From Blastocladiella emersonii ATCC 22665 (lineage: Eukaryota > Fungi > Blastocladiomycota), in assembly GCA_025594325.1 (NCBI GenBank), contig JANHCV010000020.1, positions 1 to 32,196 of the forward strand: a DNA stretch of 32,196 nucleotides, written 5' to 3'. Below the pieces are notes generated by a model, which was not told where the DNA came from, made no database searches, and worked only from the letters and a program-made list of their open reading frames with translations. Below are positions 30,406-32,196 of the stretch, piece by piece. Numbering within the stretch: the first letter of the stretch is position 1; each line of letters opens with the position of its first letter. Made by a program: the position numbers and the translations under genes.

Positions 30406-31245
30406 ATGGCCTCCGCGTTTGGCGGCACCGGCACGGGCACCAGCGGCCTGTCGTCCGGCTCTTCCTCTACAAGTGCCGGCGGGGGGAGCAACGCCCGCTT
30501 CCGCGTCCGCCTGCACAGCGTGCGCGCCCTCAACCTGCCCGCGCGCGACAGCAACGGCACCAGCGACCCGCAGTTCCGCTTCTCGTTCGACAACTTCAAG
30601 ACGGGCAAGTCCGAGGTCGTCAAGCGCGACCTGAATCCGGCGTGGGACTTTGACGTGACCTTTTTCTACGAGACGGTGCGCACGGCTTCCTCCTGTTACT
30701 GGGCGTACGGGGACCCGCGGCTGATCCGACCCACCGCGCCCGCCAAAACCCAGTAGCGCTACGTCGAGCACCTCCGCGACAAGCGGTTCCGCATCGAGGT
30801 GTACGACCACGACCGGTGGCGCCGCGACGAGTTTATCGGGGCGTGCGAAGTCGGTGCGGTCCCATTGCTGCTGCCGTCCCCTAAACTCGGCTGACACCCC
30901 AAGTTCGGCGTCCAGACCTGCTCACGCTGGCCCGCGGGCCCATCAAGCACGAGCTGCCGCTGCGCGACGTGCGTCACCACCCGTTACCCGCCCGCACTGG
31001 CCGCCCTACTCACGAGCACCCGTCCGCGCACACGTAGCACGCCAAGCATCCAGCAGGCAAGATCCTGTTCGACCTCGACATGGACCTGTGGAACGACATT
31101 ACGTGCACGTTCGAGGCCCTCCTGCTGCGCGTCGCGGGCAACCACATCCACGAGCCGTACCTCGAAATCTCTCCTGCGACGGCTGCTGGTTCCGGTAGTG
31201 GCGGCGCCGCCAACGAGGCGGCCGGCGACAGTGGATCGTCCTCCA

Positions 31246-31281
<36 letters not shown>

Positions 31282-32111
31282 AGGTGACCACGCCGCCCGC
31301 GACGCAGGCCGGCCCGACGGCGAGCTGGAACACGGCCCCGCTGCTCGTCTTCAATACCTCGTACCGCGTACGTTTGTGCGCCTTCGTGTTGGGCCTCTCC
31401 CAACTTTCAGTCCCACTGACCCGACCAAACGCACGAATAGGACTACCGCGAGGGCGCACTCCAGATCGAGGTCCACTCGCAGCGGCTCGGCGCGCGCGTC
31501 GGCCACGGCCAGCTGCGCGTGCGCGACCTGCCCGCGACCGGCGGCTCGCTGTTCCAGTTCCGCGTGCCGATCCAGAACCACGCCGGCCAGGTGATTGGGA
31601 CGCTCGAGGGCCGCCTCGGGATCCGCAACGCGCCGTCGTTTGGCCAGATGGCAGCAGGCGTGCACACGGAGATGGGCGTGCTCACCGAGGTGCCGGACGC
31701 GTCGGGCGGGTTCCCCGTCGTGTCGCACCTGACGGGCGCCGTCCCCGCGCAGCATGTCTCGCCGGGTGGTATTGGCGGTGTCAGTGTCGGTTTCGGGGCA
31801 GGCGGTAGCGCGGGCAGCGGTGGTGCTCCGCCGCCACCGCTGCCACCGCCAAAGGGCGAGTTGGTGGCGCCAGGCGGCGGCCCGTTTGCCAACTCGAACC
31901 CGCACCGGTACTCGGTCGTCTCGGTCGCGTCGGTCTCGTCGTCGTCGCACACCTCGGCGACCGCTACCACCACTGCTGCACACTACGGGTATGCCCACTC
32001 CTCGCAGTCGGCCAGCATGCCGCCGAGCCATGGCCACGTTCCAAATGGCGGAAATGTCGCGCCACCGGCGCTGCCCGACCGCCCGCCTTCGCACTACCAG
32101 CAGCAGCCACA

Positions 32112-32196
<85 letters not shown>
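30406..32196 (+). CDS. C2-domain/polyQ protein, right-arm copy; exons 30406-30675, 30757-30853, 30916-30968, 31038-31367, 31441->32196 (3' partial)
   Basis: Spliced frame is open: MASAF...C2...YET|RYVEHLRDKRFRIEVYDHD...|DLLTLARGPIKHELPLRD|HAKHPAGKILFDLDM...SYR|DYREGALQIEV...HYQQQPQ(Q)n. Confidence 0.85.
32116..32196 (+). repeat. (CAG)27 microsatellite, polyQ-coding, cut by the window edge
   Basis: 27 perfect CAG units preceded by CAC TAC CAG CAG CAG CCA CAG CAA, in frame with the last visible exon of the C2 gene. Confidence 0.95.

Larger units (their letters stand above)
24549..32196. repeat. Right arm of the ~7.65 kb inverted repeat (partner 4-7651)
   Basis: Reverse complement of 4-7651; mirrored ORF set. 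It runs to the window end, so the true arm may be longer. Confidence 0.97.

Noticed and set aside
1-32196. Giant transposon, Starship, linear plasmid or virus with terminal inverted repeats
   Set aside because: No transposase, tyrosine recombinase, integrase, DNA polymerase B or capsid ORF; all genes are intron-containing or conserved host genes.

Overview
High-GC eukaryotic genomic DNA with short GT-AG introns (donors gtgcgt/gtacgt/gtgagt, ctgac/ctaac branch points). It is most likely from a zoosporic fungus (inference from a Cdc3-type septin, the centriole gene POC1 and class III nucleotide cyclases). The dominant structure is a ~7.65 kb inverted repeat (4-7651 vs 24549-32196; x pairs with 32200-x). 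Each arm carries a polyQ C2-domain gene (cut by the window edge), an isochorismatase-family gene and a PAS-guanylate cyclase (GC-A). The arms enclose a ~16.9 kb single-copy spacer: a third PAS-cyclase paralog (GC-B), mitoribosomal bL28m, DPH2, a secreted degenerate GH19-like protein, a GDA1/CD39 nucleoside diphosphatase, POC1, septin CDC3 and a sphingomyelin-synthase-family gene. The best candidate novel system is the cyclase trio. These are soluble cyclases with a FixL-type heme-PAS and an sGC-alpha-like, catalytically incomplete cyclase domain, whose catalytic block appears homogenised by gene conversion while the sensor pocket and C-terminal tails diverge. All family assignments come from motif recognition by eye; no database searches or full alignments were run. 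No RNA genes, transposases or CRISPR arrays were seen.
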